This document shows positions 39,497 through 49,934 of a stretch of DNA of 64,000 nt, one piece after another. The notes beneath the pieces were generated by a model. That model saw only the letters and a list, made by a program, of their open reading frames with translations. It was not told where the DNA came from and did not search any database. Location of the stretch: positions 100-64,099 of the forward strand of contig CALVYD010000007.1 of the NCBI GenBank assembly GCA_944371995.1, written 5' to 3'. The stretch's first letter is position 1. Each line of letters starts with the position of its first letter. A program made the translations under genes and the position numbers. This DNA is from an uncultured Bacilli bacterium (GTDB taxonomy: Bacteria; Bacillota_I; Bacilli_A; RF39; UBA660).

Positions 39497-40412
39497 ACTT
39501 AAAATCGTAGTAATATTATTATTACTATTAATAACAACAGGGTGTACGACAACATTAGTAGATGACGATAAACAACCAGTAAAAAACGAACAAACAGGTC
39601 AAAACTTAACAGAAAATATTATTTGCCAACCAACAAATAAAGAAAATATAAAATTATACAAAGAAAATGGAGTCAATGTTGATAAACTACCAACTTGTGA
39701 TGAATTTAAAATAACATCAGGAAAATATGAAGGACTTTGGACAAGTATTTTTGTAAAACCATTAGCATTTGTTTTATTATGGTTAGGTAGACTAGTAGGA
39801 AATTACGCAGTATCATTAATTATTATAAGTATTATTATTAGATTAATTGCTTTTCCAATCACCAGAAAAACAGCTTTACAATCAGAATTATTGAAAAAAG
39901 CTCAGCCAGAAATAGAAAAGATAACTAATAAATATAAAGACAGACAAGATCAAGAATCTATGATGAGACAAAGTCAAGAAATGATGATGGTATATAAAAA
40001 ATATAATATAAGTCCAATGTCAGGATGTGTATTTGCAATGTTACAATTACCATTATTTATTGCTTTCTTCGAAGCAGTGCAAAGAACACCTGCAATATTT
40101 GAAGATAAGTTTTTAGGTATGCAATTAGGAACAACTCCTATGATTGGAGTGTCATCATCAACATTTATAGCTTATATCATTTTAATGATATTAATTGCTG
40201 CTACCACATTCTATTCATTTAAAATGAATTTAACAGGAAATACTACAGATCCAAGTATGAAAATGATGCCAATCATGATGAGCGGAATTATTATAATAAC
40301 AGCATTATTCATGCCATCTGCATTAGGAATTTACTGGGTAACATCCAACTTATTAACAATTATTCAAAATATTGTAGTAAAAAGGAGTAAGGAAGTACAT
40401 GGAAAAGCATAG
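39480..40412 (+). CDS. yidC: membrane protein insertase YidC/SpoIIIJ (lipoprotein form)
   Basis: Lipobox LLITTGC, ...ISIIIRLIAFPIT..., multiple TM segments, basic C-terminus. Confidence 0.9.
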   Translation: MKKQNKLKIVVILLLLLITTGCTTTLVDDDKQPVKNEQTGQNLTENIICQPTNKENIKLYKENGVNVDKLPTCDEFKITSGKYEGLWTSIFVKPLAFVLLWLGRLVGNYAVSLIIISIIIRLIAFPITRKTALQSELLKKAQPEIEKITNKYKDRQDQESMMRQSQEMMMVYKKYNISPMSGCVFAMLQLPLFIAFFEAVQRTPAIFEDKFLGMQLGTTPMIGVSSSTFIAYIILMILIAATTFYSFKMNLTGNTTDPSMKMMPIMMSGIIIITALFMPSALGIYWVTSNLLTIIQNIVVKRSKEVHGKA

Positions 40413-41019
40413 ATTTGTAGGAAAAACAAAAGAAGAAGCCTTAGAAAACGCTAAAATAGGATTACAAGAATTAGAAGAAAACCTAATTATAAAAGAAACA
40501 GACGTTCAAAAAGGTGGACTATTTAAAAGTAAAAAAGTAGAAATAGAAGTAATAGAAAAAAGAGAAGTAGTAAAAGAAATTAAAAATTACTTATCAAAAT
40601 TACTGAAAGATTTAGGATTTACTGCTAATATTGAAGTAAAAACCAAAGATAATATTCCAACTTATACAATTTATTCTGATAATGATGCATTATTAATTGG
40701 AAAAAATGGTAAAAATCTTCAAGCATTATCAACAGTAGCAAGCCAATATATAAAAAAAGAAATAGGGGAGTCTTATAAATTTTTAATAGATATTAACTCA
40801 TATAAAGAAAAACATGAAAAACAATTAGTAAGACTTGCTAAAAACGTGGCAAAAGAAGTTGCAACAACCAAAATAGAAGCTAAAATGGATTCTATGAACT
40901 CCTATGAAAGAAGAATTATACATAACGCTTTAGCCAACAACAAAAAAGTATATACAGAAAGTGAAGGAGAAGAACCAAATCGTTATGTAGTAATAAAACC
41001 GAAAGAAGAGATTGAATAA
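40399..41019 (+). CDS. jag: RNA-binding protein Jag/KhpB (KH plus R3H)
   Basis: N-terminal Jag_N, KH region, R3H motif ...MNSYERRIIHNAL... Confidence 0.88.
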   Translation: MEKHRFVGKTKEEALENAKIGLQELEENLIIKETDVQKGGLFKSKKVEIEVIEKREVVKEIKNYLSKLLKDLGFTANIEVKTKDNIPTYTIYSDNDALLIGKNGKNLQALSTVASQYIKKEIGESYKFLIDINSYKEKHEKQLVRLAKNVAKEVATTKIEAKMDSMNSYERRIIHNALANNKKVYTESEGEEPNRYVVIKPKEEIE

Positions 41020-41102
41020 TTTCTTTTTTTTTAAAATAAAAGAAAACGTGATATAATTACTAACAAAGAAATTGAAAAAGGGGAAAAGGAAGGAGAAAAC
41101 AC

Positions 41103-41831
41103 ATGGACTTAGTGAACGAGAAAAAAAAGTTAGAAGAAACCTTAAAAAGTCTTATAGAGAAACAAGAACAATTAAACCAATTACCAGCTATTCAAAAGTA
41201 TTTAGAAATTGAAAAACAGATACAATCTCTACTAAAAAAAATGGATATGATACAAAATAGAATTCAATATTCAGAAAAAGCAAACTGTTATTACACTAAA
41301 CCAGAAATAGGAAGTGGAATTTATATAAAAGGAACGCAAAGAATTAATTTGTCCATGATACTTGCTAGAATATTTATAGAAAAATATAAAGCACAAATAG
41401 AAAATTTTGATTTAATCTCGTTGGAAGAATTAGAAAGATATTCACAAATAGTACACGCCAAATTAACAGAAGAAAAATGTTATGAAGATGATCCTCGAAA
41501 TGAAGAAGTAAGTAAAATGTTACAGATACCTATATATGTTAACCCGGCAAATAATATAAGCTATATTTTTAACAATGATAGTCAATCAAAAAAAGTATTA
41601 AAAGAAGAATTAGAAAGATATTCTCATGATATAGCAGAAAATATAAATACAAAATATTATGACCAAGGTTATATTGTACTAAATAGAAATGCACTAATAG
41701 AAACATTAACGAAAAAATATAGTATAGAAAATGCGAGCTCTAGAATTAAAGAAGCATTATCTAGTTCTGAATCTTTAAAAGCACTAAAAATAAAACAAGA
41801 ATTACCAAAAAAGAAGGTATATCATCAATGA
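41103..41831 (+). CDS. hypothetical protein (242 aa, coiled-coil N-terminus), translationally coupled to mnmE
   Basis: ORF inserted between jag and mnmE. Its stop overlaps the mnmE start (ATGA at 41828-41831). No family recognised. Confidence 0.55.
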   Translation: MDLVNEKKKLEETLKSLIEKQEQLNQLPAIQKYLEIEKQIQSLLKKMDMIQNRIQYSEKANCYYTKPEIGSGIYIKGTQRINLSMILARIFIEKYKAQIENFDLISLEELERYSQIVHAKLTEEKCYEDDPRNEEVSKMLQIPIYVNPANNISYIFNNDSQSKKVLKEELERYSHDIAENINTKYYDQGYIVLNRNALIETLTKKYSIENASSRIKEALSSSESLKALKIKQELPKKKVYHQ

Positions 41832-43195
41832 AAAGTAGTATGGAAGACACTATAGTAGCAATTTCAACAGCCCTAGGTGTTGGAGCAATCTCTATTGTGA
41901 GATTAAGTGGAAATGAAGCTATAGAAATTGTAAATAAATGTTTTAAGGGTAAAGATTTAACAAAAGTAGAAAGCCATACCATTAATTACGGGTACATTAT
42001 AGATAATGATGAAGTAATTGATGAAGTATTAGTATCTATTATGAAAGCTCCAAAAACATATACCACAGAAGATGTAGTAGAAATTAACTGTCATGGAGGA
42101 ATTATATCAACAAAGCGTATTCTAGAGACAATGTTAACACATGGAGCAAGATTAGCAGAACCAGGTGAGTTTACAAAACGTGCATTTCTAAACGGAAGAA
42201 TTGACTTAGTAAAAAGTGAAGCAGTGATGGATATCATTGATAGTAAAAATGAAGAAGCAAGTAAATTAGCTTTATCTCAACTTACTGGAACAACATCAAA
42301 TATGATTAAAGAATTTAGAGATAAACTAAAACAATTATTAGCAAGTATTGAAGTAAATATTGATTACCCGGAATACTATGATATAGAAGTAGTAACAAAA
42401 GAAAAGATAGAAAAAGAATTAAAAGTAATGAAAGAGGATTTAACCAAAGTAATTAAAGAATCTAAAAACTCAACTTTAATTAAAGAAGGAATAAAAACAG
42501 TAATTATTGGTCGTCCTAATGTAGGAAAAAGTAGCATTTTAAATAAATTACTAGAGCAAGAAAAGGCAATTGTAACAGATATTGCTGGAACAACCCGTGA
42601 TATTGTAGAAGGAGAAATATATCTAGATGGTATTCTATTAAATATTATAGATACAGCAGGTATTCGTTCAACAGAAGATGTCGTTGAAAAATTAGGAGTA
42701 GAAAAAAGCTTATCGATGATAGATGATGCTGACTTAGTAATTGTTGTATTAAATAATAACGAAATTCTAACAAAAGAAGATGAAGAAATATTAGAAAAGA
42801 CAAAAGAGAAAGAAAGAATTATTGTAGTAAATAAAAATGATTTAGAAAAGAAAATCAATCTTGATTCTAAAAAATTAAAAGATATAGTATATACAAACAC
42901 AAATACAACAGAAGGAATCAAATCTTTAAAAGAAAAAATAGTTGAATTATTTCAATTAGAAAGTATAAAATCAAAAGACTATACATATCTAACAAATGCA
43001 AGACAAATATCTCTAGCAACGAAAGCCTATCAAAGCTTACATGATGCCGAAGAAGGATTAAAAAACGACTTACCAATAGATATGATAGAAATTGATTTAA
43101 AGGAATCTTTTGACCTGTTAGGGGAAATTATAGGAGAAACCTATAGTGATGAAATACTAGATCATTTATTTGCAAACTTTTGTGTAGGGAAATAA
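41828..43195 (+). CDS. mnmE: tRNA modification GTPase MnmE
   Basis: DTIVAISTALGVGAISIVRLSG, G-domain GRPNVGKSS / DTAGIR / NKND, C-terminal FCVGK. Confidence 0.96.
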   Translation: MKSSMEDTIVAISTALGVGAISIVRLSGNEAIEIVNKCFKGKDLTKVESHTINYGYIIDNDEVIDEVLVSIMKAPKTYTTEDVVEINCHGGIISTKRILETMLTHGARLAEPGEFTKRAFLNGRIDLVKSEAVMDIIDSKNEEASKLALSQLTGTTSNMIKEFRDKLKQLLASIEVNIDYPEYYDIEVVTKEKIEKELKVMKEDLTKVIKESKNSTLIKEGIKTVIIGRPNVGKSSILNKLLEQEKAIVTDIAGTTRDIVEGEIYLDGILLNIIDTAGIRSTEDVVEKLGVEKSLSMIDDADLVIVVLNNNEILTKEDEEILEKTKEKERIIVVNKNDLEKKINLDSKKLKDIVYTNTNTTEGIKSLKEKIVELFQLESIKSKDYTYLTNARQISLATKAYQSLHDAEEGLKNDLPIDMIEIDLKESFDLLGEIIGETYSDEILDHLFANFCVGK

Positions 43196-43204
43196 GGTGA
43201 TAAA

Positions 43205-45058
43205 ATGAAATATGAAATAATCGTCGTAGGAGGCGGTCATGCAGGTTGTGAAGCCGCTTTAGCATCTGCAAGATTAGGCCATAAAACACTATTAGTAACA
43301 TCAAATATAAATAATATAGCAGATATGCCATGTAACCCTTCTATCGGAGGACCAGCGAAAGGAATTGTAGTTAGAGAAATAGATGCTCTAGGTGGAGAAA
43401 TGGGAAAAAATGCTGACAAAGCAGCACTTCAAACAAAAATGCTAAATACTAAAAAAGGCCCTGCCGTCCAAGCATTACGTTTTCAAGCAGATAAAATTAT
43501 TTATCCAAAAGAAATGCTAAAAACACTAAATTCTACTGAAAATCTTGAAATAAAAGAAGCAATGGTTGAAAAATTACTGGTAAAAGATAAAAAAATAGAG
43601 GGTGTAGAACTAGAAAATGGCGAGAAAATATTAGCAAGTGCTGTAATTTTAACAACAGGAACCTATCTAAAAGCAGTAGTTTTAGCAGGTGCAAATCGTA
43701 AATCTTCCGGTCCTCACGGTGAAAAAGAGTCTAAATTTTTAAGTGACAGTTTGAAAGACCTAGGTTTTACCATCAAACGTTTAAAGACAGGAACACCACA
43801 AAGAATAGATAAAAACTCTATTGATTATAGTAAAACAAAAGAAGAAAAAGGAGATGTTATTACTCATACTTTCTCTTTTGATAACATAATTTATCGCCAG
43901 CCTGAAGACCAAATTTCCTGTCATTTAATTTATACAACAGAAAAAACTCATGAAATAATAAAAGAACATTTAAAAGAATCAAGTATGTATGGTGGATATG
44001 TAGAAGGAGTAGGTCCAAGATATTGTCCTTCTATAGAAGACAAAGTAGTAAGATTTAGTGATAAAGAACGTCATCAACTATTTCTTGAGCCAGAAAGCCT
44101 TTATTATGATGACATCTATCTTCAAGGATTCTCTACCAGTATGCCAAATGAAATTCAAGATTTAATGGTACACAGTCTTCCAGGATTAGAACACGCTAAA
44201 ATATTAAAATATGGTTATGCCATAGAGTATGATGCAATTGATTCAATGCAATTAAAAAGATCTCTAGAAACTAAATTAGTAGAGAATTTATATACTGCTG
44301 GACAAATAAACGGAACTAGTGGATATGAAGAAGCAGCTGGTCAAGGATTAATTGCCGGGATAAATGCCTCATTAAAACTAGAAGGAAGAAAACCATTAAT
44401 ATTAAAGAGAAATGAATCATACATTGGTGTATTAATTGATGATTTAGTAACCAAAGGAGTAAAAGATCCCTATAGACTTTTAACATCTCGTGCAGAATAT
44501 AGATTATTGTTAAGAAATGATAATGCTGACTTAAGATTGAGAGATTATGGCTATCAAGTAGGATTAATTAGTGAAGAAAAATACAAGGAATTCTGTAAGA
44601 AAAAAGAAAACATAAAAGAATTAGAAGAGTTATTAAAATCAACAAGAATAACACCTAAAAAAGGAATTAATGAATATATAGAAACAATTCCTTCCACACC
44701 TTTAAAAGATGGAATATCACTATATGATTTCTTAAAAAGACCAGAGATAACATTAGAAAATATTAAACATTTTATAGAACTGAATTATACAAAGGAAGAG
44801 CTAGAACAAGTAGAAATTAATGCTAAATATGAAGGTTATATCAAAAAAGCCAACAAAGAAGCAGAAAAAATGTTATCTCTAGAAGAAAAAAAGATTCCAG
44901 AAGATATCAATTATGATACAATTCCTAATTTAGCTAGTGAAGCAAGACAAAAATTAAGAGAAGTAAGACCAACAACAATAGGTCAAGCATCAAGAATCAG
45001 CGGAGTAAATCCTGCCGATATATCTATATTGATGGTATATCTAAGAAGGAATGCCTAA
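43205..45058 (+). CDS. mnmG: tRNA uridine 5-carboxymethylaminomethyl modification enzyme MnmG
   Basis: YEIIVVGGGHAGCEAALASARLG, GPRYCPSIEDK, QINGTSGYEEAAGQG. Confidence 0.97.
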   Translation: MKYEIIVVGGGHAGCEAALASARLGHKTLLVTSNINNIADMPCNPSIGGPAKGIVVREIDALGGEMGKNADKAALQTKMLNTKKGPAVQALRFQADKIIYPKEMLKTLNSTENLEIKEAMVEKLLVKDKKIEGVELENGEKILASAVILTTGTYLKAVVLAGANRKSSGPHGEKESKFLSDSLKDLGFTIKRLKTGTPQRIDKNSIDYSKTKEEKGDVITHTFSFDNIIYRQPEDQISCHLIYTTEKTHEIIKEHLKESSMYGGYVEGVGPRYCPSIEDKVVRFSDKERHQLFLEPESLYYDDIYLQGFSTSMPNEIQDLMVHSLPGLEHAKILKYGYAIEYDAIDSMQLKRSLETKLVENLYTAGQINGTSGYEEAAGQGLIAGINASLKLEGRKPLILKRNESYIGVLIDDLVTKGVKDPYRLLTSRAEYRLLLRNDNADLRLRDYGYQVGLISEEKYKEFCKKKENIKELEELLKSTRITPKKGINEYIETIPSTPLKDGISLYDFLKRPEITLENIKHFIELNYTKEELEQVEINAKYEGYIKKANKEAEKMLSLEEKKIPEDINYDTIPNLASEARQKLREVRPTTIGQASRISGVNPADISILMVYLRRNA

Positions 45059-45694
45059 ATGACAGAAAAAGAATTTATAGAAGAAGTACAAAAATTAGGA
45101 ATAATGCCAACCAAAGAACAATTGCAACAATTAGAGAAATTTTATCAATTATTAATAGAATGGAATCAAAAAATCAATTTAACAAGAATAACAGAGAAGG
45201 AAGATGTTTACTTAAAGCATTTTTATGATAGTCTAACAATAGTAAAAGAAATAGAGCTTTCTAAAGTAGAAACACTATGTGATGTTGGAACAGGAGCCGG
45301 ATTTCCAGGTATTGTATTAAAAATATTTTATCCTAATTTAAAAATAATTTTAATTGATTCTCTCCTAAAAAGAGTAAACTATTTAAACGAAATAATAAAA
45401 GAATTAGAGCTAAAAGATATAAAAGCAATTCATACAAGAGGAGAAGAATATCATGAGACTTTTGATGTAGTAACAGCCCGTGCCGTAGCTAACATAGAAA
45501 AACTACTAAAATATACCATGCATTTAGTAAATAAAAACGGAAAATTGGTAGCTATGAAAGGAAATATAGATGAAGAACTAACCGAAGAAGTAAAGAAAAA
45601 AATTAGTAAAAAATATAAAATAATAAAAATAAATAAGTTTTTATTACCAAAAGAAAATAGTAATCGTAGCTTAATAGTAATAGAAAACAGATAG
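45059..45694 (+). CDS. rsmG: 16S rRNA (guanine527-N7)-methyltransferase
   Basis: ...WNQKINLTRI...HFYDSL..., DVGTGAGFPGI. Confidence 0.92.
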   Translation: MTEKEFIEEVQKLGIMPTKEQLQQLEKFYQLLIEWNQKINLTRITEKEDVYLKHFYDSLTIVKEIELSKVETLCDVGTGAGFPGIVLKIFYPNLKIILIDSLLKRVNYLNEIIKELELKDIKAIHTRGEEYHETFDVVTARAVANIEKLLKYTMHLVNKNGKLVAMKGNIDEELTEEVKKKISKKYKIIKINKFLLPKENSNRSLIVIENR

Positions 45695-45842
45695 TAAAAG
45701 GACTACAAACCAATCTATATAACCGAATATATATAGAAAGAAAAAAACAGGTAGTTCTTTTTCTTATGAACTTATTCTTGAAAGCATAAAGAAAATAGTC
45801 TATAATGATACTATAGGAATACTAGAAAGAATAAAGCGAGGG

Positions 45843-47327
45843 ATGAAAATGAATCAAGAACAAAAAGATGAAATTGTTTATCTATACTTAGACGATATAA
45901 TACCCAATAGATTTCAACCTCGCGAAGTCTTTGATGAAAGAGCATTAAAAGAACTTGCTGTATCAATAAAAGAACATGGTGTAATACAACCTATCATTGT
46001 ACGAAACGTTAATGGAAAATATGAAATAATTGCTGGAGAGCGAAGATATAAAGCATCAGCAATGGCAGGACTTACTAAAATACCAGCAATCATTAGAAAT
46101 TTGGATGATAAAGAAAGTTCAAAAGTAGCATTATTAGAAAATCTTCAAAGAAGAAACTTAAATCCAATAGAAGAAGCTAGAACTTATCAAAAAATATTAG
46201 AAATAGATCAAATGACACAAGAAGAATTAGCCAAAACCATGGGAAAAAGTCAATCAGCAGTGGCTAATAAAATTAGATTGTTAGGCCTTTCAGACGAAGT
46301 ACAAACAGCTTTATTAAAAGAACAAATTTCTGAACGACATGCACGAACCTTATTAAATATTCCAGATAAGAAAAAACAAAATGAAATGCTTAAAAAGGTA
46401 ATCAATGAAAAAATGACCGTTCGACAATTAGAACAAGAAATAAAAGATATGTACCCTAGAGAGAAAGGAGAACCTATGAATAATCCAGCCATGAACATGT
46501 CATCTGCTCCGATAACATCCACATCATTTGTAAATAGTAGCCCTTTAATGCCTACTGCAGATTTACCAGAGGATACTTCAGATTATGGAAAAATAAGAAT
46601 AGCACCGCCAGATGGCGAAAATACAGAAGAGCATACTCCTAGATTTATTAACTATGGAGAAATCAATGACGACGATGACGATCAAGATGATAATCCTGTA
46701 GGAGGATTCAATCCAAACAGCAACCAGCAAATACCAAATATAAATGATATAAAAGCGAATGCAATGGATATCAATGCTCCAGCAGCAAAACCAAGTGCAG
46801 ATCTAGATAGCTTATTAAATCTTAGTGCAGCACCAATACCTACAACTACAAACCCTGAACATGAAAACTTTAGATTTATTACGCCAGCAGAAGAAATAGT
46901 AAAAACAGATGAAAATAAGGTAAATCAAGTAAAAAATGAAGATTACTTTAAAACACCAGATTTAATCCCTGTTGATTTGCCTTCAGAAGTACAAACAAAA
47001 AATACCAATACTGTTTCTTTAGACGAAATAGAAGGAAATCCACTGTTATCTTTAACTAAATCAAATGTTAATACGGATTCGCGTAGAGAAAAACCAAATC
47101 AAGCAATGAAAACCAATTCTAATCTAAATACAGCATTGTTCGGTGAGGTAAAACGTCCAGAAGTAAATTCCAAAAAGAATGAACAATTTACAGTACAAAA
47201 ATCAATAGATATGGTAAGAAATTTAGTAGAAGAATTAAATCGACATGGTGTAAAAGCTGATATTGATGAAATGAATTTTGCAAAATCATATCAAATTATC
47301 ATAAAATTAGATAAAACAGCAGAATAA
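45843..47327 (+). CDS. noc: ParB-family nucleoid occlusion protein Noc, atypical: no N-terminal amphipathic helix and a roughly 230-aa low-complexity insertion
   Basis: ParB N-domain (IIPNRFQPR, IIAGERRYKAS). HTH with Noc-type specificity residues (GKSQSAVANKIRLL, ISERHARTLL). Then a Pro/Asn/Asp/Thr-rich region at about aa 205-440 and a short structured C-terminus (...VRNLVEELNRHGVKADIDEMNFAKSYQIIIKLDK). The true start may be ATG 45849. Confidence 0.8.
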   Translation: MKMNQEQKDEIVYLYLDDIIPNRFQPREVFDERALKELAVSIKEHGVIQPIIVRNVNGKYEIIAGERRYKASAMAGLTKIPAIIRNLDDKESSKVALLENLQRRNLNPIEEARTYQKILEIDQMTQEELAKTMGKSQSAVANKIRLLGLSDEVQTALLKEQISERHARTLLNIPDKKKQNEMLKKVINEKMTVRQLEQEIKDMYPREKGEPMNNPAMNMSSAPITSTSFVNSSPLMPTADLPEDTSDYGKIRIAPPDGENTEEHTPRFINYGEINDDDDDQDDNPVGGFNPNSNQQIPNINDIKANAMDINAPAAKPSADLDSLLNLSAAPIPTTTNPEHENFRFITPAEEIVKTDENKVNQVKNEDYFKTPDLIPVDLPSEVQTKNTNTVSLDEIEGNPLLSLTKSNVNTDSRREKPNQAMKTNSNLNTALFGEVKRPEVNSKKNEQFTVQKSIDMVRNLVEELNRHGVKADIDEMNFAKSYQIIIKLDKTAE

Positions 47328-47328
47328 C

Positions 47329-47378
47329 AAAGTAGATAATGAAGATAAATTTATTCTCTTCAAAAAATCTACTTTTTT
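47329..47378 (+). terminator. terminator after noc
   Basis: AAGTAGAT ... (inner GAAGA/TCTTC helix) ... ATCTACTT followed by TTTTT. Confidence 0.55.
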
Positions 47379-47449
47379 TGCGAAAAGCATTTAAAAAACA
47401 CTATTTATTTGATACAATATATTAGTAAAAATGGAAACAGGTGATAAAC

Positions 47450-48235
47450 ATGGGAAAGGTGATATCATTAGTAAATCAAAAAGGTGGAGTAGGAAAAACC
47501 ACAACTAGTATCAATCTTTCTGCATCATTAGCAGTATTAGGAAAGAAAGTATTATTAATCGATTTAGATCCTCAAGGTAATACAACTACAGGTGTTGGAA
47601 TTAACAAAGGAGATATAGAACGCAGTGTTTATGATGTTTTAATTGGAGAATGCAAAATAGAAGAAGCAATGATTAAAACAAAATACAAAAACTTATATGT
47701 ATTACCAGCTACAATTAATTTAGCAGGATTAGATATAGAATTAGTAGAAAAAAGTAAACAAGAATCTGGATTCTTAAAAGGAGAACAATTAAAAATTCAT
47801 TTATTAGACATAAAAGATAGCTTTGATTATATAATTATTGATTGTCCACCATCATTAGGAATCATTACTACAAATGCTTTAACAGCATCTAATTCTGTAA
47901 TAATTCCAGTACAATGTGAATTCTTTGCTCTAGAAGGAATCACACAATTATTAAAAACAATTATGTTAGCTCAGAAAAGTCTAAATCCAACACTAGATAT
48001 TGAAGGTGTCTTATTAACAATGTTAGATTCTAGAACCAATTTAGGTTTTGAAGTAGTAGATGATATTAGAAAGTTCTTTAAAGAAAAAGTATATAACACA
48101 ATTATTCCAAGATTAGTAAGATTAACTGAAGCTCCATCACATGGAGAACCAATCATAGCATATGACCCTAAAAGTAGAGGTAGTGAAGCTTATTTAAACC
48201 TAGCAAAGGAAGTGATTGAAAGAAATGGAAAATAA
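47450..48235 (+). CDS. soj: chromosome partitioning ATPase ParA/Soj
   Basis: MGKVISLVNQKGGVGKTTTSINL (deviant Walker A), DCPPSLG. Confidence 0.95.
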   Translation: MGKVISLVNQKGGVGKTTTSINLSASLAVLGKKVLLIDLDPQGNTTTGVGINKGDIERSVYDVLIGECKIEEAMIKTKYKNLYVLPATINLAGLDIELVEKSKQESGFLKGEQLKIHLLDIKDSFDYIIIDCPPSLGIITTNALTASNSVIIPVQCEFFALEGITQLLKTIMLAQKSLNPTLDIEGVLLTMLDSRTNLGFEVVDDIRKFFKEKVYNTIIPRLVRLTEAPSHGEPIIAYDPKSRGSEAYLNLAKEVIERNGK

Positions 48236-49115
48236 TAAAAGAAGAGCTTTAGGTAGAGGATTAGAAGAATTATTTTATAATGAACCAATTGCTTATGATA
48301 AAATGGAAGAAAAAATACTAACTGAAACACCAAAAGAAGAAATAATAAAAGTAAAATTAGATGAACTTAGAAGCAATCCATATCAACCAAGACAAGTATT
48401 TAATGAGGAAGCATTACAAGAATTAGCTGACTCTATTAAAGAACATGGCGTATTTCAACCTATTATTATAAAAAAGAGTATCAAGGGATATGAAATTATT
48501 GCCGGAGAACGTCGTGTAAAAGCTTCTAAATTAGCAGGATTAGATGAAATTCCAGCTATTGTTAGAGATTTTACTGATGAAGAAATGATGGAAATTGCTC
48601 TTCTAGAAAATCTACAAAGAGAAAACTTAAATCCAATGGAAGAATCGCGTGCTTATAAAAAGTTAATAGAAACATTAAATATAACCCAGGAAGAACTAGC
48701 TAAGAAATTAGGTAAAAGTAGAAGTTATATTACAAATATGATAGGATTACAAAAACTTCCATCATCAATTCAAACGATGATTTCTGATAACAAAATGAGT
48801 ATGGGACATGCCAGGGTTTTAAGTAAACTAGAAAATGAAGAACAACAAAAGGAATTAGCAGATAAAATAACAACAGAAGGAATTAGTGTAAGAGAGTTAG
48901 AAAACATGACTCAGTCTACTGAAAAATTTGCAAGAACACACCAAATTCAAAAACACGTGCCAAAAACAAATGAATATCAATACTTAGAAGAAGAGTTATG
49001 TGATAAATTGGGAACCAGAGTAAAAATTAAATCAAATAAAATAGAAATTAGTTTTGTAAATGGAAACGACCTAAATCGCCTACTAGAAATAATGAATCTA
49101 GACACAAGGAGGTAA
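48216..49115 (+). CDS. spo0J: chromosome partitioning protein ParB/Spo0J
   Basis: RRALGRGLEELF, LRSNPYQPRQVF, IIAGERRVKAS. HTH with ParB-type residues (GKSRSYITNMIGL, MSMGHARVL). Confidence 0.93.
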   Translation: MKEMENNKRRALGRGLEELFYNEPIAYDKMEEKILTETPKEEIIKVKLDELRSNPYQPRQVFNEEALQELADSIKEHGVFQPIIIKKSIKGYEIIAGERRVKASKLAGLDEIPAIVRDFTDEEMMEIALLENLQRENLNPMEESRAYKKLIETLNITQEELAKKLGKSRSYITNMIGLQKLPSSIQTMISDNKMSMGHARVLSKLENEEQQKELADKITTEGISVRELENMTQSTEKFARTHQIQKHVPKTNEYQYLEEELCDKLGTRVKIKSNKIEISFVNGNDLNRLLEIMNLDTRR

Positions 49116-49121
49116 TCCTAA

Positions 49122-49934
49122 TTGAAAATGTTTGATGTAATACAAATAGATTTGAAACATATAATTTTTCCAATAATTTATATAATTCTTGGGATTGTTT
49201 GTTATAAAATTGCCAAAAAGGTCATAAATCAAGCACTATATAAAACAGCCAAACTAAAAGGCCATCAAAAACAAAGAGCAAATACAATCAGAATAGTAAT
49301 ATTAAATATTATAAAATATGTAATCGGTGCTCTTGTGATACTAGCAATATTAGCCAATTTTGGAATCAACGTAAGATCAATTGTGGCAGGACTTGGTATC
49401 ACAACAGCAATTATAGGTTTGGCTTTTCAAGATTTAGCCAAAGACTTTATTGCTGGAATCTCTATTATTACAGAAAACCAATTTGAAGTAGGAGATACGA
49501 TTGAATATGATGGATTCATGGGAGAAGTAGTCTTCCTAGGGTTAAAAACAACAAGAATTAGAGATTATAAAGGTGCAACTAAAATTATTGCAAATCATAA
49601 ATTAGATACTGTAATTAATTATAGTTTACATGATTCGCTAGCTGTTGTTGACCTTGGAATATCTTATGAAGAAGATCCTGCAAAAGTATCTGCAGCTTTA
49701 GAAGAGATAAAGAAAGAATTAGAAGGAAAAATTCCAAGCGCAACAGGAGAACTTCAAGTATGGGGATTAGATGAGTTTGATGATTCTAATATGAAATATA
49801 GAATTGCAGTAGAAACAAAACCAAATGAACAATATGGTGCTCAGAGATTTTTACGTAGTGAGTTCAAAAAAGGCTTAGATAAAAGAAATATAAAAGTATC
49901 TTATCCACAAATCGAGGTGCATAATGGAAAATAA
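49122..49934 (+). CDS. MscS-family mechanosensitive channel
   Basis: Three N-terminal TM segments, ...GLAFQDLAKDFIAGISIITENQFEVGDTIE... beta-domain pattern. Confidence 0.8.
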   Translation: MKMFDVIQIDLKHIIFPIIYIILGIVCYKIAKKVINQALYKTAKLKGHQKQRANTIRIVILNIIKYVIGALVILAILANFGINVRSIVAGLGITTAIIGLAFQDLAKDFIAGISIITENQFEVGDTIEYDGFMGEVVFLGLKTTRIRDYKGATKIIANHKLDTVINYSLHDSLAVVDLGISYEEDPAKVSAALEEIKKELEGKIPSATGELQVWGLDEFDDSNMKYRIAVETKPNEQYGAQRFLRSEFKKGLDKRNIKVSYPQIEVHNGK

